A stretch of 64,000 nucleotides of DNA from Neocallimastix sp. 'constans' (lineage: Eukaryota). Every line of letters begins with the position of its first letter. The stretch's first letter is position 1. Under the pieces are notes generated by a model that was not told the origin of the DNA, ran no database searches, and saw nothing but the letters and a program-made list of their open reading frames with translations. Below are positions 13,566 through 27,300 of this stretch, piece by piece. The stretch is from the NCBI GenBank assembly GCA_050613775.1, contig JBODTK010000011.1, forward strand, positions 434,001-498,000, in the 5' to 3' direction. The position numbers and the translations under genes were made by a program.

Positions 13566-15527
13566 ATGTCTAAGGTCTCATCTGTGGGTATTGATTTAGG
13601 TACTACCTATTCTTGTGTAGGTGTATGGCAAAATGATCGTGTTGAAATTATTCCAAATGATCAAGGTAATCGTACTACTCCATCTTTTGTTGCTTTCACT
13701 GATTCTGAACGTTTAATTGGTGATGCTGCCAAGAATCAAGCTGCTATGAATCCAACAAATACTGTTTTTGATGCTAAACGTCTTATTGGTCGTCGTTTCA
13801 ACGATAATGAAGTTCAATCTGATATGAAACATTGGCCATTTAAGGTTATTGAAAAGTCTGGTAAACCATACATTCAAGTAGAATTCAAGGGTGAAACTAA
13901 AGATTTCACTGCTGAAGAAATTTCAAGTATGGTTCTTACTAAGATGAAGGATACTGCTGAAGCTTATTTAGGTGAAAAGGTTAAAAATGCTGTAATTACT
14001 GTTCCAGCTTATTTCAATGATTCACAACGTCAAGCTACCAAGGATGCTGGTCTCATTGCTGGTCTTAATGTTCTTCGTATCATTAATGAACCAACAGCTG
14101 CTGCTATTGCCTATGGTCTTGATAAGAAGAGTGAAGGAGAAAAGAATGTTTTAATTTTCGATCTTGGTGGTGGTACATTTGATGTTTCTCTTTTAACCAT
14201 TGAAGATGGTATTTTTGAAGTTAAGGCTACTGCTGGTGATACTCACTTAGGTGGTGAAGATTTCGATAATAGATTAGTTAGTCACTTTGCTCAAGAATTT
14301 AAGAGAAAGTATAAGAAGGATATTTCTACTAATCCAAGATCTTTACGTCGTCTTAGAACAGCTTGTGAACGTGCCAAGCGTACTCTTTCTTCTTCTACTC
14401 AAACTTCCATTGAAATTGATTCCTTATATGAAGGTATTGATTTCTACACTTCTATTACTCGTGCTCGTTTCGAAGAACTTAACAGTGATTTATTCAGAAA
14501 TGTTATTGAACCAGTCGAAAAAGTTCTTAATGATGCTAAATTAGATAAGTCTAGTATTCATGAAATTGTTTTAGTCGGAGGTTCCACTCGTATTCCAAAG
14601 ATTCAAAGTTTAGTTTCTCAATTCTTCAACGGAAAGGAACCATCCAAGTCTATTAATCCAGATGAAGCTGTTGCCTATGGTGCTGCTGTTCAAGCTGCTA
14701 TTCTTTCCGGTGAAACTTCTGAAAAGACTCAAGATTTACTTTTATTAGATGTTTCTCCACTTTCATTAGGTATTGAAACTGCTGGTGGTGTCATGACCAC
14801 TTTAATTAAGCGTAATACTACTATTCCAACAAAGAAATCAGATATCTTCTCTACCTATGCTGATAACCAAACCAGTGTTTCCATTCAAATTTATGAAGGT
14901 GAACGTTCTCTTACGAAGGATAATAACTTATTAGGTAGATTTGATTTGAATGGTATTCCACCAGCTCCACGTGGTGTTCCACAAATTGAAGTTACTTTCG
15001 ATATTGATGCCAACGGTATCTTAAATGTTTCTGCTCTTGATAAGACTACAGGTAAATCTAATAAGATTACCATTACTAATGATAAGGGTAGATTATCAAA
15101 GGAAGAAATTGAACGTATGGTAAATGATGCTGAAAAGTATAAGGAAGAAGATGCTAAGGTAGCTGAAAGAGTAGCTGCTAAGAATGGTCTTGAATCCTAT
15201 GCCTATCAACTTCGTAATACTATTCAAGATGAAAAGATTGCTTCTCATATTGATGCTGCTGATAAGGAAAAATTGAATAAGGCTATCGATGAAACTATTG
15301 ATTGGTTAGATCATAACCAAGAAGCCAATAAAGAAGAATATGAAAGTAAGAGAAAGGAATTAGAAGGTGTAGCCAATCCAATTATGACTAAGATGTATCA
15401 ACAAGCTGGAGGAGCTGGTGCTGCAGGAGCTGCTCCAGGAGGTTTCCCAGGAGGTTTCCCAGGTGCTGGTCCAACTAGTAACAATAGTAGTTCTAACAAT
15501 GGTCCAACTGTTGAAGAAGTTGATTAA
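13566..15527 (+). CDS. HSP70: Cytosolic Hsp70 chaperone (SSA type), intronless, 653 aa
   Basis: [22 protein letters not shown] and [11 protein letters not shown] signatures, GGFP repeats and a C-terminal GPTVEEVD. Confidence 0.99.
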   Translation: MSKVSSVGIDLGTTYSCVGVWQNDRVEIIPNDQGNRTTPSFVAFTDSERLIGDAAKNQAAMNPTNTVFDAKRLIGRRFNDNEVQSDMKHWPFKVIEKSGKPYIQVEFKGETKDFTAEEISSMVLTKMKDTAEAYLGEKVKNAVITVPAYFNDSQRQATKDAGLIAGLNVLRIINEPTAAAIAYGLDKKSEGEKNVLIFDLGGGTFDVSLLTIEDGIFEVKATAGDTHLGGEDFDNRLVSHFAQEFKRKYKKDISTNPRSLRRLRTACERAKRTLSSSTQTSIEIDSLYEGIDFYTSITRARFEELNSDLFRNVIEPVEKVLNDAKLDKSSIHEIVLVGGSTRIPKIQSLVSQFFNGKEPSKSINPDEAVAYGAAVQAAILSGETSEKTQDLLLLDVSPLSLGIETAGGVMTTLIKRNTTIPTKKSDIFSTYADNQTSVSIQIYEGERSLTKDNNLLGRFDLNGIPPAPRGVPQIEVTFDIDANGILNVSALDKTTGKSNKITITNDKGRLSKEEIERMVNDAEKYKEEDAKVAERVAAKNGLESYAYQLRNTIQDEKIASHIDAADKEKLNKAIDETIDWLDHNQEANKEEYESKRKELEGVANPIMTKMYQQAGGAGAAGAAPGGFPGGFPGAGPTSNNSSSNNGPTVEEVD

Positions 15528-16319
15528 GCTTATTAGATCAACTAAATTTGAAATTTAATTAGGCTTATTTGTTTTATTTAAATAAAAACAAATAAAATAA
15601 AACAAAGAAATAGGCACCAAATATAAATAATAAAAAACAAAAATGTATAAAATAAAGAAATTAAAATAAAGAAATTAAAATAGAGAAATTGAAATAGAGA
15701 AATTGATCTATCTATAATTAAAAAACCCAAAATATTAAATTGTAAATATACAAATATTATATATATATAAAAAACAAAAAAACAAAAAAACAAAAAATAT
15801 TTATAAATTATTTAATTTTATCTATTATCATTATTATCTTATAAATAAATAATAATTAAAGAATGAATAAATAAATAAAAAAATTAAAAATATGAACAAT
15901 AATATAATAAAAGAATAAAAAAAAAAATATAAATAAATAAATAAAAAATAAATAAATACCAATAAAATACCAATAAATATATATATATATATATATATAA
16001 AAACAAAATATAATTAAATTGTATTTCTATTCTTTTTCTTTTCTTATGGGTGTTTTATAATATATATAAATTTCAAATGTGTCATATCTATTAATTTTAA
16101 AATAAATAATAAATATTTGTGGTGTTTGAATTAGAATTAGAATTGAAAAAAAAATTTTTTTTTTTTAATATTTATTTAAATTATTATTATTAGTATATGT
16201 TATATATTTAAATATTTAATATTTAATAGTATACAGATACAGTTATTATTATTTTAATTTATATTACTTTCATTTTTATCAATTTGTTAATTTTCTGTTC
16301 ATTATGGAAAAAAAAAAAT

Positions 16320-18340
16320 TTACCGAGGTTCTCGCTGTTATGGTCCTCAATGACAAGAACTGTTTTTTCCAGGTCCATGAAGGGTGGATGGAAAGGCAAT
16401 AACCTATTTCAGGCGTAGTAATTAACAGTTTTCTGTGATTTTGATGATAATTGATGGTTATCCCTTCCTAAATGGCTTCTAGTACGAAGAGAGAAAAATT
16501 TGGAATACTGGAAGACTGTGGAAAGTGAACCTGATGTTTTATTATTATTTTAAACTGGATATGTAGTAACATTGGAGTTGTATAATTAATAATATCAATA
16601 TCATGTAATTTCTACATATATTATAATTGTAATGAATCTATTGTATTTTTTTACTTTAGCATTACTTTGTATATGTATTTTTCTATAGGTTTATTTGAAC
16701 TCTCATGTAGCTATTGTAAAATGGAAATGTAGGAGATTGATTCACTCCAAAATGTGTTTAAGTTTTTATTTTACGGATTGGAATCTTTTTATAGTTTTTC
16801 ACTACTAACATTTTATTTACCTATACATTTTAGCTAATATATTTTTATTCAATAGAAAATTTTTAGGATTTTTCTATAGGTTTATTTGAACTCTCATGTA
16901 GCTATTGTAAAATGGAAATGTAGGATTTTGATTCACTCCAAAACTTGTATTTAAGACTTTATTTAACGGATTGGAATCTTTTTATAGTCTTTCACTACTA
17001 ACATTTTATTTACCTATTCATTTTAGCTAATATATTTTTATTCAACAGAAAATTTTGTGAAAAAAGATCATATTGAGTACTTCAACACCATTTTTTAAAT
17101 CATTATTCCTATGTTTTCAGGAAACAGGTAATGACACCAATGATGCTAGAAATCAATGTAAAGTAACACTTCACAACTATAAGTATTTCCGGAAAAGAAT
17201 AGGTCCAAATACGCCAGATTACAGAGGTTTATATCATGGATACCATGTCTCTTGTCAAGCAGTACTTGAAGATAATTCCTATACTCATCTTGTTTCTTTA
17301 ACAACATATAGTCTATGGCATCATTCTAAGTGTTTTGTAGGTAGGTAATGTCTATATTCCCACAAAGAAACACTTTTTTACAAGTCCGATATGCTTTATC
17401 TGAAGTTTTCACATGACTTCAGAGTCACATTAATCATCCATCTATTCTTCTTGGAGACTTTAACATGAGCACCTTTGATTTACAACATAAATTAACTGAC
17501 AGTAATTTTAGTAACTGGTTTATTTTTTCCAATTAATGGTTCACCTATTTCATGGACTAGAGGCTGATATTCATCAGATATTGATCATGCATTAGTCAAT
17601 TCAAGTATGCTGGATAAAATATCGAGTGCTTATTTTGTTGATTATCCTTCTGTATCTGATCATAATCCTTTCGTAGTTTATTGTAAGAAAACTATCACAG
17701 ATGAATCATTTTTGTTACCAAAAAAAATTTGTTAGGTGGGATAGGTATATATATCTTAAACTTAAGAATGAAATTTGTCATCACAATAAATTTGAAGTTC
17801 TACGTGAGGAACTAGGAAATGAAGAACTTTCAGTAGATTGTATAATCGAAAAGTTCATCAATACTACTAATTTCATTGCTAAAGATCTATTAATTACATC
17901 CATCAACAAAAATCAGGAAAAGCAATGATTAAAATATCCCGCAAAATTTATTATTCTTAAAAAGGTAAAATATATAAAATATAAATAAATCAAGGGTTAT
18001 AAATCTGCAAGTGATTCCAATGAATTTGTTAAATATTTTTGACTCGTATAACAGACTATGTGAATCAATTCATAAAAAATGTAATGAATTAAAAAAAAAA
18101 AAAAAAGAATATATTATAAAGGATAAAAATTAGATGTTCGTTAGCTTTTAAAAATGAAAGTAGGAAAGCATGGAAATAGGTAAAAAAGAATGAAAAAATT
18201 AGTAATAAATCATCATCGAATCAATCTTTCACGGTCTCTTATCCAATTAAAAATAATAGCAATGAATTAGTATCTTCAAGAGATGAAAAATTAAAAGTTT
18301 GACATTTTAATAATAAATCTCTACAACAGGGAAATTTAAT

Positions 18341-18387
<47 letters not shown>

Positions 18388-19520
18388 AAATGTATTATCA
18401 TCTCGGTGTGAAATCTTAATATCTGACTTTCCAGAAATACTTGTACCGGATTCTTCAGTTCATAGTCTTTCTAAAGATTTCTGGAAAGATTCTGATGCAC
18501 TTAGGAATTAGGGAAAATCCAAAACAACAAGAATAGGAAATTAACCAAGATATTAGTGATGAAGAAATTAGCGAGGCAATCTCATCCACTCCTAACTTTA
18601 AAGCTTGTGGTCCTGATGAGATTACAATGGAATTCTTCAAAGCTTTGATTCCTTGGTAAAGATGATTTAGAAGAATAAAGTAAAAATAATTATAATATTT
18701 CATCTGGCTTTAAATATCTTAATCTATCGTATTTGGAATGGTGATTTCTCAAAATCATGGAATAACGCATTAATATTTTCTTTTCGTGAAAAGGGCGATA
18801 CATTAGGTTGTAATAACTATCTTAGCATCTCTCTTATCAATAGTGGGTTAAAAATTATAACAAAAATCATAGCTAACAGAATCTCTAAATATACAATTGA
18901 TAAAGGATTTATATGACCTAAACAATATAGATTTCGTAACCGAGAAGAATGTATAAGTCTTTAAAATACATTAAGAATTATATATCAGAGACGGAAATTT
19001 GACAATAAGGATACTTACCATGCTTTTTTTTGAACCTTAAAAAAAGTGTATGACTCTCTTTCCATATATAATGTATTAATGAAAATTCATCACTTAGGTA
19101 TTAGAGGAAAGTGCTATAATTTTATTGAAAACTTATACTTATATTCTAAGGCTTGTGTAAGGGTTGATAGACAATTATCGGAATCATTTAGTGCTAAGAA
19201 AGGTGTTTGTCAAGGTTGTCCCCTCTCACCAATTTTATTTAACTTGATTATTAATGTCATTTCTAATAAATGTGATAAATTTGGAATCTCTATTTGTGAT
19301 AAACGTTGCTGTTATGGAGGTCGCTTTGCAGGATGACATTGTGTTAGGTGTTCCAACAAGATCTGCAGCTCTCTTTACAGAAATTATACCAAGGGTTAGT
19401 ATTCAATAAGGATTGCCAGTCCGACGGTAAAGGAGCAAACTAATCAGGAGTGCCAACGCTGAAAATACAGTAAAGCAGGCTAGCCGATCCAGTACCTCTG
19501 TAGGAGAAGACCATAATTTA
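16320..19520 (+). mobile_element. Degenerate non-LTR retrotransposon (LINE; APE endonuclease plus RT), internally deleted
   Basis: APE motifs LCFQETG (~17108), LLGDFN (~17447), DIDHALV (~17577) and SDHNP (~17656). RT motifs KACGPDEI, ISLINSGLKI, YDSLS, GVCQGCPLSPILFN and FADDIVL (~19325). Many stops and frameshifts. The 5' boundary is approximate. Confidence 0.88.
16678..17056. repeat. Tandem duplication, 2 x ~190 bp, just upstream of the LINE endonuclease
   Basis: TTCTATAGGTTTATTTGAACTCTCATGTAGC...ACGGATTGGAATC...TTTTAGCTAATAT recurs at ~16681 and ~16872. Confidence 0.93.
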
Positions 19521-19657
19521 CTTTATTTTGAATATTAATTTTTATTTCATATTTTCTGTTTAAAAAATTATTATGCTCAATTTGGCCAAATAATATTTTT
19601 TTATTATATATATATATTTTATTAATAAAATAAAAATGTAATTAGTAAATAAATAAT

Positions 19658-19873
<216 letters not shown>

Positions 19874-21899
19874 GTTAAAGATCCCAATAATAGCGGCTAT
19901 GAAAAAAAATTAATTATTCAAAATAAAATATAAATATATTTATATAAGTACTAAATATCTTTATTTTTATTATTAAAAATTAATAAAGTATGGAATAGTA
20001 ATTTTATTTTTAGTAGTTATTATTATAATTAATATTTTATTTAAAGTTATTATTATTATTTTTTTTATTCTATATTATTGTAAACATAAAATAGTTTATT
20101 TATTTATATTGTTTTTTGTAATAAAATGAGAAAATATAAAATATTAATAAGTTATATCATATATATATATATATATATAATTTTTATTTAAAACTAATAA
20201 AATAAAATAATCAATATCTATATCTTTATTTATATAAAGATGGTTCTTTATATTTAAATGGTTAGTCATGTTTTATTTTTACTTTCTTTTTTTATTTTAA
20301 AAGATAAAAAAGAAGAAAAAAGAAAGAAAAAAAAAAGTTTAATCATTATAAAAATTATATAAATTGTGTTAATCTAAAAAATTCTGTTTAGTTTTGTGGT
20401 ATAAAATTTATTATGAAACATTTCAAACCAAATGTTATTTGAAACTTTATATGATAATTAATAAGAAGAAATATTATAAAATTGTGTTTAAAGATAAAAA
20501 TAATGTTATAAATTAAAATAATGAAATAATAATTAGGACAATAATTAATAAAAAAAAAAAAAAAATAAAATAAATGCTGTACTATTACTACTACTACTAC
20601 TACTACTAAAATTTCTTAAATTATTATTAATGATTTTAAGTTTTAATTTGAATTATATAAGTTATATTAGTTTTATAAATTGAAATATAGCTTCTTTGAA
20701 AATATTTAATGAACTAATAACAATTTAATATATATATATAAAAGTAATGGATCATAATGTTATGAAAACTATAAAGAATAAAAAAAAGAATAATAATATT
20801 GATATAAACAAAGATATATTTAAAAATAAAAAAAAAAAAAAAAAAAAAAAATACATTAAAATAAGATAAACTAAAGTCAATTATTGTCTCATAATATTTT
20901 TTAAATTAATCACATATATATTAACTGTCCATTATAAAATATAAAATAAATAAACTCTTTTTTTTTTTTTTTTTTTTTTTTTTGTTTATTATAAAATACC
21001 CACAGTGTTTTATAATGATTATTTTATTTTTTTTTTTTTTTTTCAATTTTCATTTTAATTTATAGAAAATTAAAAATTCATTTATTAAAAATTAAATTCA
21101 TTTATTAAAAGTTTTAACATGTTATGAAATAAAATAATAATATATATTAAATATAAATATATAAATTTAAAAATAAATATAAAAAATATTGTTGTTTAAA
21201 TATGTTAATATATAAATATATTTAAATATATATAAAAGATATAAAAATCCAAATAATTATAAATATACTTTTATAAAAGATATGAAAATATAAAATTATA
21301 TATAAAATTATATATAAATATAAATATATATATAAATATAAAATTATATATAAAAAATAAATTTATATATATAAATATAAAATTATATAAAGTATAATAA
21401 TTAAAAAAGTAATAGACATAAGACATATTTTTTATTAAATTTTTTTAATATATATTTAATTAAATTTTTTTCTTATTAAATATTGTACTCATTTATCCCA
21501 AAAAAAAAAGTCTCTAATTCCAACAAATTAAAATGTAACAGATATTTTATTAGAATTTAATTTTTAACCATAAAACAGAAACATAAATAAAACAACTTTA
21601 AATAATATTATTTCATGTTATAAATAATATATAATATATATTAATTTATTACTAATTAAAGATATTAAAGATAATAAAGATAGAGAGAGAAAAGAGAAAA
21701 GGGATGTCATTTTAATTTATTTTATCTACCTTTTTAAAAGGTAGAAAAAAAAAATAAATGAAAGGTAATAAATGATATAAAATATTTGTATTCTACTTTT
21801 ATCTTATTTGATTTATCAATAACTACCACTTTTAAATTATAACCAATTATCGGTAGAAAGAAAATTAAAAATTTTTATGTTTATTCGTAATTTTAATAA

Positions 21900-22147
<248 letters not shown>

Positions 22148-24394
22148 TGATATATTTTAATATTTAATTCAACTTTTTTTTTTTTTTTTAAATTGTATCA
22201 TATTGAATAGTTTTTATATTAAAAATTAAAATTTCCTTTTTTAGTAATTTTGTCTACAATAATAATAAATTGTCAGATTTATTTAAAATCACCCATGTCC
22301 ATTTCATGTTTTATATTTTTTTTTCCTTATATATTTAAATTTTTTAATTTTATTTGTATCAATTAAATTTCTGGTTATTTATTTATTTATTTATTATTAT
22401 TTATTATTTATTATTTATTTATTATTATTGGTAATTACTATATATAAATGAAATGATTTACTACTTTTTAACCAATATAAACATATACATATAAAAGTAA
22501 TACATTTTATTTTTTAATAAAGAAGAAATTAAAAATATCATTAATTACAATAATAAAATTATTATTATTATTATTATAAATTATAAATTGTTTATTTTTC
22601 CTTTTTCTAATTATATTAATTTTAATTTATGCCTATTTTTTTTTCTAATGTTTAAATTGTTAATTATTGAAGTTCATATAATGTTAATAAAAACAACAAC
22701 CAAAAAAAAAAAAAAAAAAAAAAAAAAGAGAGAGAGAATTAAACAATTTTTAATTAATATCACAGAAGAGTATATATTTGTTTCCAAGAAATCCTTGAAA
22801 TTATTTTTTTTTTTTTAATTGTTGTCTTTATATTTCACATTTCATATTTTTTATTTTTTTTATTAAAAAAAAAAAGGATAAAAAAATTAATTTACATATT
22901 TATACATTTAAAAAAAAAAAAAAAATTAATAATTTCATTAAAAAAAAAAAAAAAAAAATAAAATAAAAAGAAAAAAGTCTCCACACTTTTTTTTTTTTAT
23001 TTTATTTTCATGCTATCCATATTTTAAATTAATAATCTCAATTTTGTTTTTATTTTATTATTTTGTTTTTTTTTATTACATGAAACATATGAATATTCTA
23101 TAATGGAAACTTTATTATACCGTTATAAATTGAATAATGATATAAAATATAATTAAAAGATAATCTATATAAAACTTTATTTAATGTTATTAAACATTAA
23201 ACAAAATAAAAATAAAATTAAAAGGAAAAGGAAAACAATAAAGGAAATATTAAAAATTAAAGATAAAAGTTAAAATAAAAATTATAAAAAAATATATACA
23301 TAATAAAAAAAAATATAATTTGATATAATATCTATAAAAGTAATATAAATAGAATGTTGAATTAAAAGTATTTAAAATAAAATATTCAATAAATCATAAT
23401 AAATAAATAACATAAAAAATTAATAAAATAAATAAATTTTAATAAATATTTCATCTGTTATAGAATTATTCTTATCCCAATTACTATTATTTTAAATATT
23501 ATAATGAATTTTTTTGAAATTGATATTAGAGATAGTATATAGTAAAATGTGAAATAGAATTAATTTAAAAAAACACAAAATAATTTGTTAATATGTATAT
23601 ATTGATATTTATATATTAAATATCATTTTAATTTAATTTATATATTAATTTATTTACTTAATTATTTTTATTTATTTATTTTTAATTAATTATTTATTTA
23701 ATAATTATTTAAATATTTATTTATTTAATTTAATTATAGTTTCTTAATTTCAATTTTCATATAAATAAATTAAATTTTATATTAAATAAATTAATATCAT
23801 AAACTTTAATAAATATGAATATTTAGACCTAAAAAAAATGGCCGCTAAAATAGGTTGACATTTAATTGAAATAATATTAATATTTTTAATCTATCTAAAA
23901 CAAAAACACAATTAAATATAAAAAGTTTATTGACTGTTCTTATAAATGTTAAATAGAGTATCATTCGATATTAATTTTACTGCTTGTATTTATTAATTAA
24001 TAAAGTTTATATTCTTTTTTTTCGTTTTATCATAATACAAAACGAATAAACAAAAAAAAAAAAAAAAAACAAAAAAACAAAAAACTAAATATAAAAATTA
24101 ATAAAATAAAAATTGAATATAAAAAGAAGTACATTTTCTTTACTATTTTCAAAACTACAAATTTTTAATTGTATTTTTTTAATAATTATAATATATATAA
24201 ATTTTTTATCATAATTTATAGTTCTTTTTTCACTGGTTGAAAATTAGTTGTATATTAAAAATTTATAAATAAATAAAAAAATAGAAAAAAATTTATATAT
24301 ATTGTATATATATATATATATTTTTTATTATAATATCTTAATTTATTTATATTTGTATATTAATTTTAAATTATTGTTATCAATTGAAAAAAAA

Positions 24395-27300
24395 ATGAAA
24401 TCTTTCAATATTAATCAAATCTTATTTTCTCTTGCTACAGCTGGTTTTGTTAGCGCACAAAGTTTCTGTAGTTCTGCTAAGCATTCTGGTCAAAGTGTTA
24501 CTAACTATAGTAACACCGTAAGTACTATTGGTGATGTAGGTTATGAATTATGGGCTGACAGTGGTTCTAACAGTGCTACTTTCTATTCTGATGGTTCCTT
24601 CTCTTGTTCTTTCCAAAATGCTGGTGATTACTTATGTCGTGCTGGTCTCTCCTTCGATTCTACTCAATCTCACCAACAAATTGGTCACATGTATGCTGAT
24701 TTCAAACTCGTCAAACAAAATATTGCTAATGTTGATTACTCCTTCGTTGGTGTTTACGGTTGGACAAGACAACCACTTGTTGAATACTACATTGTTGATA
24801 ACTGGCTTAGTCAATACCGTCCAGCTGATTGGGTTGGTGATACTAAGTTTGGAGATTTCGTTATTGATGGTGCTGAATACACTGTTTACAAGAACACTCG
24901 TACTGGACCTTCTATTGATGGTGATACTACTTTCACTCAATACTTCAGTATTCGTAAGGAAGCTCGTGACTGTGGTACGATTGATATTTCAGCACACTTT
25001 GCTCAATGGGAAAAACTTGGAATGAAACTTGGTGTCATGCATGAAGCTAAGGTATTAGGAGAAGCTGGTAGTAACAATGGAGGTACTAGTGGTACCGCTG
25101 ATTTCCCATATGCAAAGGTTTACATTAATAATAATGGTGGTAATGCTGCTGCTGCTCCAGCTCCAGCCCCAGCTCCACAAGCTCAAGCCCCAGTTGCTCA
25201 AGCTCAAGCTCCAGTTGCACAAGCTCCAGTTCAAGCTGCTCCAGCTCCAGCCGCTTCTGGTTCTAACTTCTGTAGTTCTGCTAAGCATTCTGGTCAAAGT
25301 GTTACTAACTATAGTAACACTGTAAGTACTATTGGTGATGTAGGTTATGAATTATGGGCTGACAGTGGTTCTAACAGTGCTACTTTCTATTCTGATGGTT
25401 CCTTCTCTTGTTCTTTCCAAAATGCCGGTGACTACTTATGTCGTGCTGGTCTCTCCTTCGATTCTACTCAATCTCACCAACAAATTGGTCACATGTATGC
25501 TGATTTCAAGCTTGTCAAACAAAACATTGCTAATGTTGATTACTCCTTCGTTGGTGTTTACGGTTGGACAAGACAACCACTTGTTGAATACTACATTGTT
25601 GATAACTGGCTTAGTCAATACCGTCCAGCTGATTGGGTTGGTGATACTAAGTTTGGAGATTTCGTTATTGATGGTGCTGAATATACTGTTTACAAGAACA
25701 CTCGTACTGGACCTTCTATTGATGGTGATACCACTTTCACTCAATACTTCAGTATTCGTAAGGAAGCTCGTGACTGTGGTACGATTGATATTTCAGCACA
25801 CTTTGCTCAATGGGAAAAACTTGGAATGAAACTTGGTGTTATGCATGAAGCTAAGGTATTAGGAGAAGCTGGTAGTAACAATGGAGGTACTAGTGGTACC
25901 GCTGATTTCCCATATGCTAAGGTTTACATCAACAATAATGGTGGTAATGCCGCTGCTCCAGTTGCCGCTGCCGCTCCAGCCCCAGTTGCTCAAGCTCAAG
26001 TTAAAGCTGTAGTTGACGCTCCGGTTGCTCAAGCCGCTCCAGCTCCAGCTCCAGTCCAAGCTGCTGCTGCTTCTGACTTCTGTAGTTCTGCTAAGCATTC
26101 TGGTCAAAGTGTTACTAACTATAGTAACACTGTAAGTACTATTGGTGATGTAGGTTATGAATTATGGGCTGACAGTGGTTCTAACAGTGCTACTTTCTAT
26201 TCTGATGGTTCCTTCTCTTGTTCTTTCCAAAATGCCGGTGACTACTTATGTCGTGCTGGTCTCTCCTTCGATTCTACTCAATCTCACCAACAAATTGGTC
26301 ACATGTATGCTGATTTCAAACTCGTCAAACAAAACATTGCTAATGTTGATTACTCCTTCGTTGGTGTTTACGGTTGGACTAGACAACCACTTGTTGAATA
26401 CTACATTGTTGATAACTGGCTTAGTCAATACCGTCCAGCTGATTGGGTTGGTGATACTAAGTTTGGAGATTTCGTTATTGATGGTGCTGAATACACTGTT
26501 TACAAGAACACTCGTACTGGACCTTCTATTGATGGTGATACTACTTTCACTCAATACTTCAGTATTCGTAAGGAAGCTCGTGACTGTGGTACGATTGATA
26601 TTTCAGCACACTTTGCTCAATGGGAAAAACTTGGAATGAAACTTGGTGTTATGCATGAAGCTAAGGTATTAGGAGAAGCTGGTAGTAACAATGGAGGTAC
26701 TAGTGGTACCGCTGATTTCCCATATGCTAAGGTTTACATTAATAATAATGGTGGTAATGCCGCTGCTCCAGTTGCCGCTGCCGCTCCAGCCCCAGTTGCT
26801 CAAGCTCAAGTTAAAGCTGTAGTTGACGCTCCGGTTGCTCAAGCCGCTCCAGCTCCAGCTCCAGTCCAAGCTGCTGCTGCTTCTGACTTCTGTAGTTCTG
26901 CTAAGCATTCTGGTCAAAGTGTTACTAACTATAGTAACACCGTAAGTACTATTGGTGATGTAGGTTATGAATTATGGGCTGACAGTGGTTCTAACAGTGC
27001 TACTTTCTATTCTGATGGTTCCTTCTCTTGTTCTTTCCAAAATGCTGGTGACTACTTATGTCGTGCTGGTCTCTCCTTCGATTCTACTCAATCTCACCAA
27101 CAAATTGGTCACATGTATGCTGATTTCAAACTTGTCAAACAAAACATTGCTAATGTTGATTACTCCTTCGTTGGTGTTTACGGTTGGACTAGACAACCAC
27201 TTGTTGAATACTACATTGTTGATAATTGGCTTAGTCAATACCGTCCAGCTGATTGGGTTGGTGATACTAAGTTTGGAGATTTCGTTATTGATGGTGCTGA

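Noticed and set aside
24302..24394. 31-codon N-terminal extension of the xylanase ORF in the ORF track
   Set aside because: It begins at TTG in TA-repeat sequence. The ATG at 24395 follows an A-rich context and gives a signal peptide.
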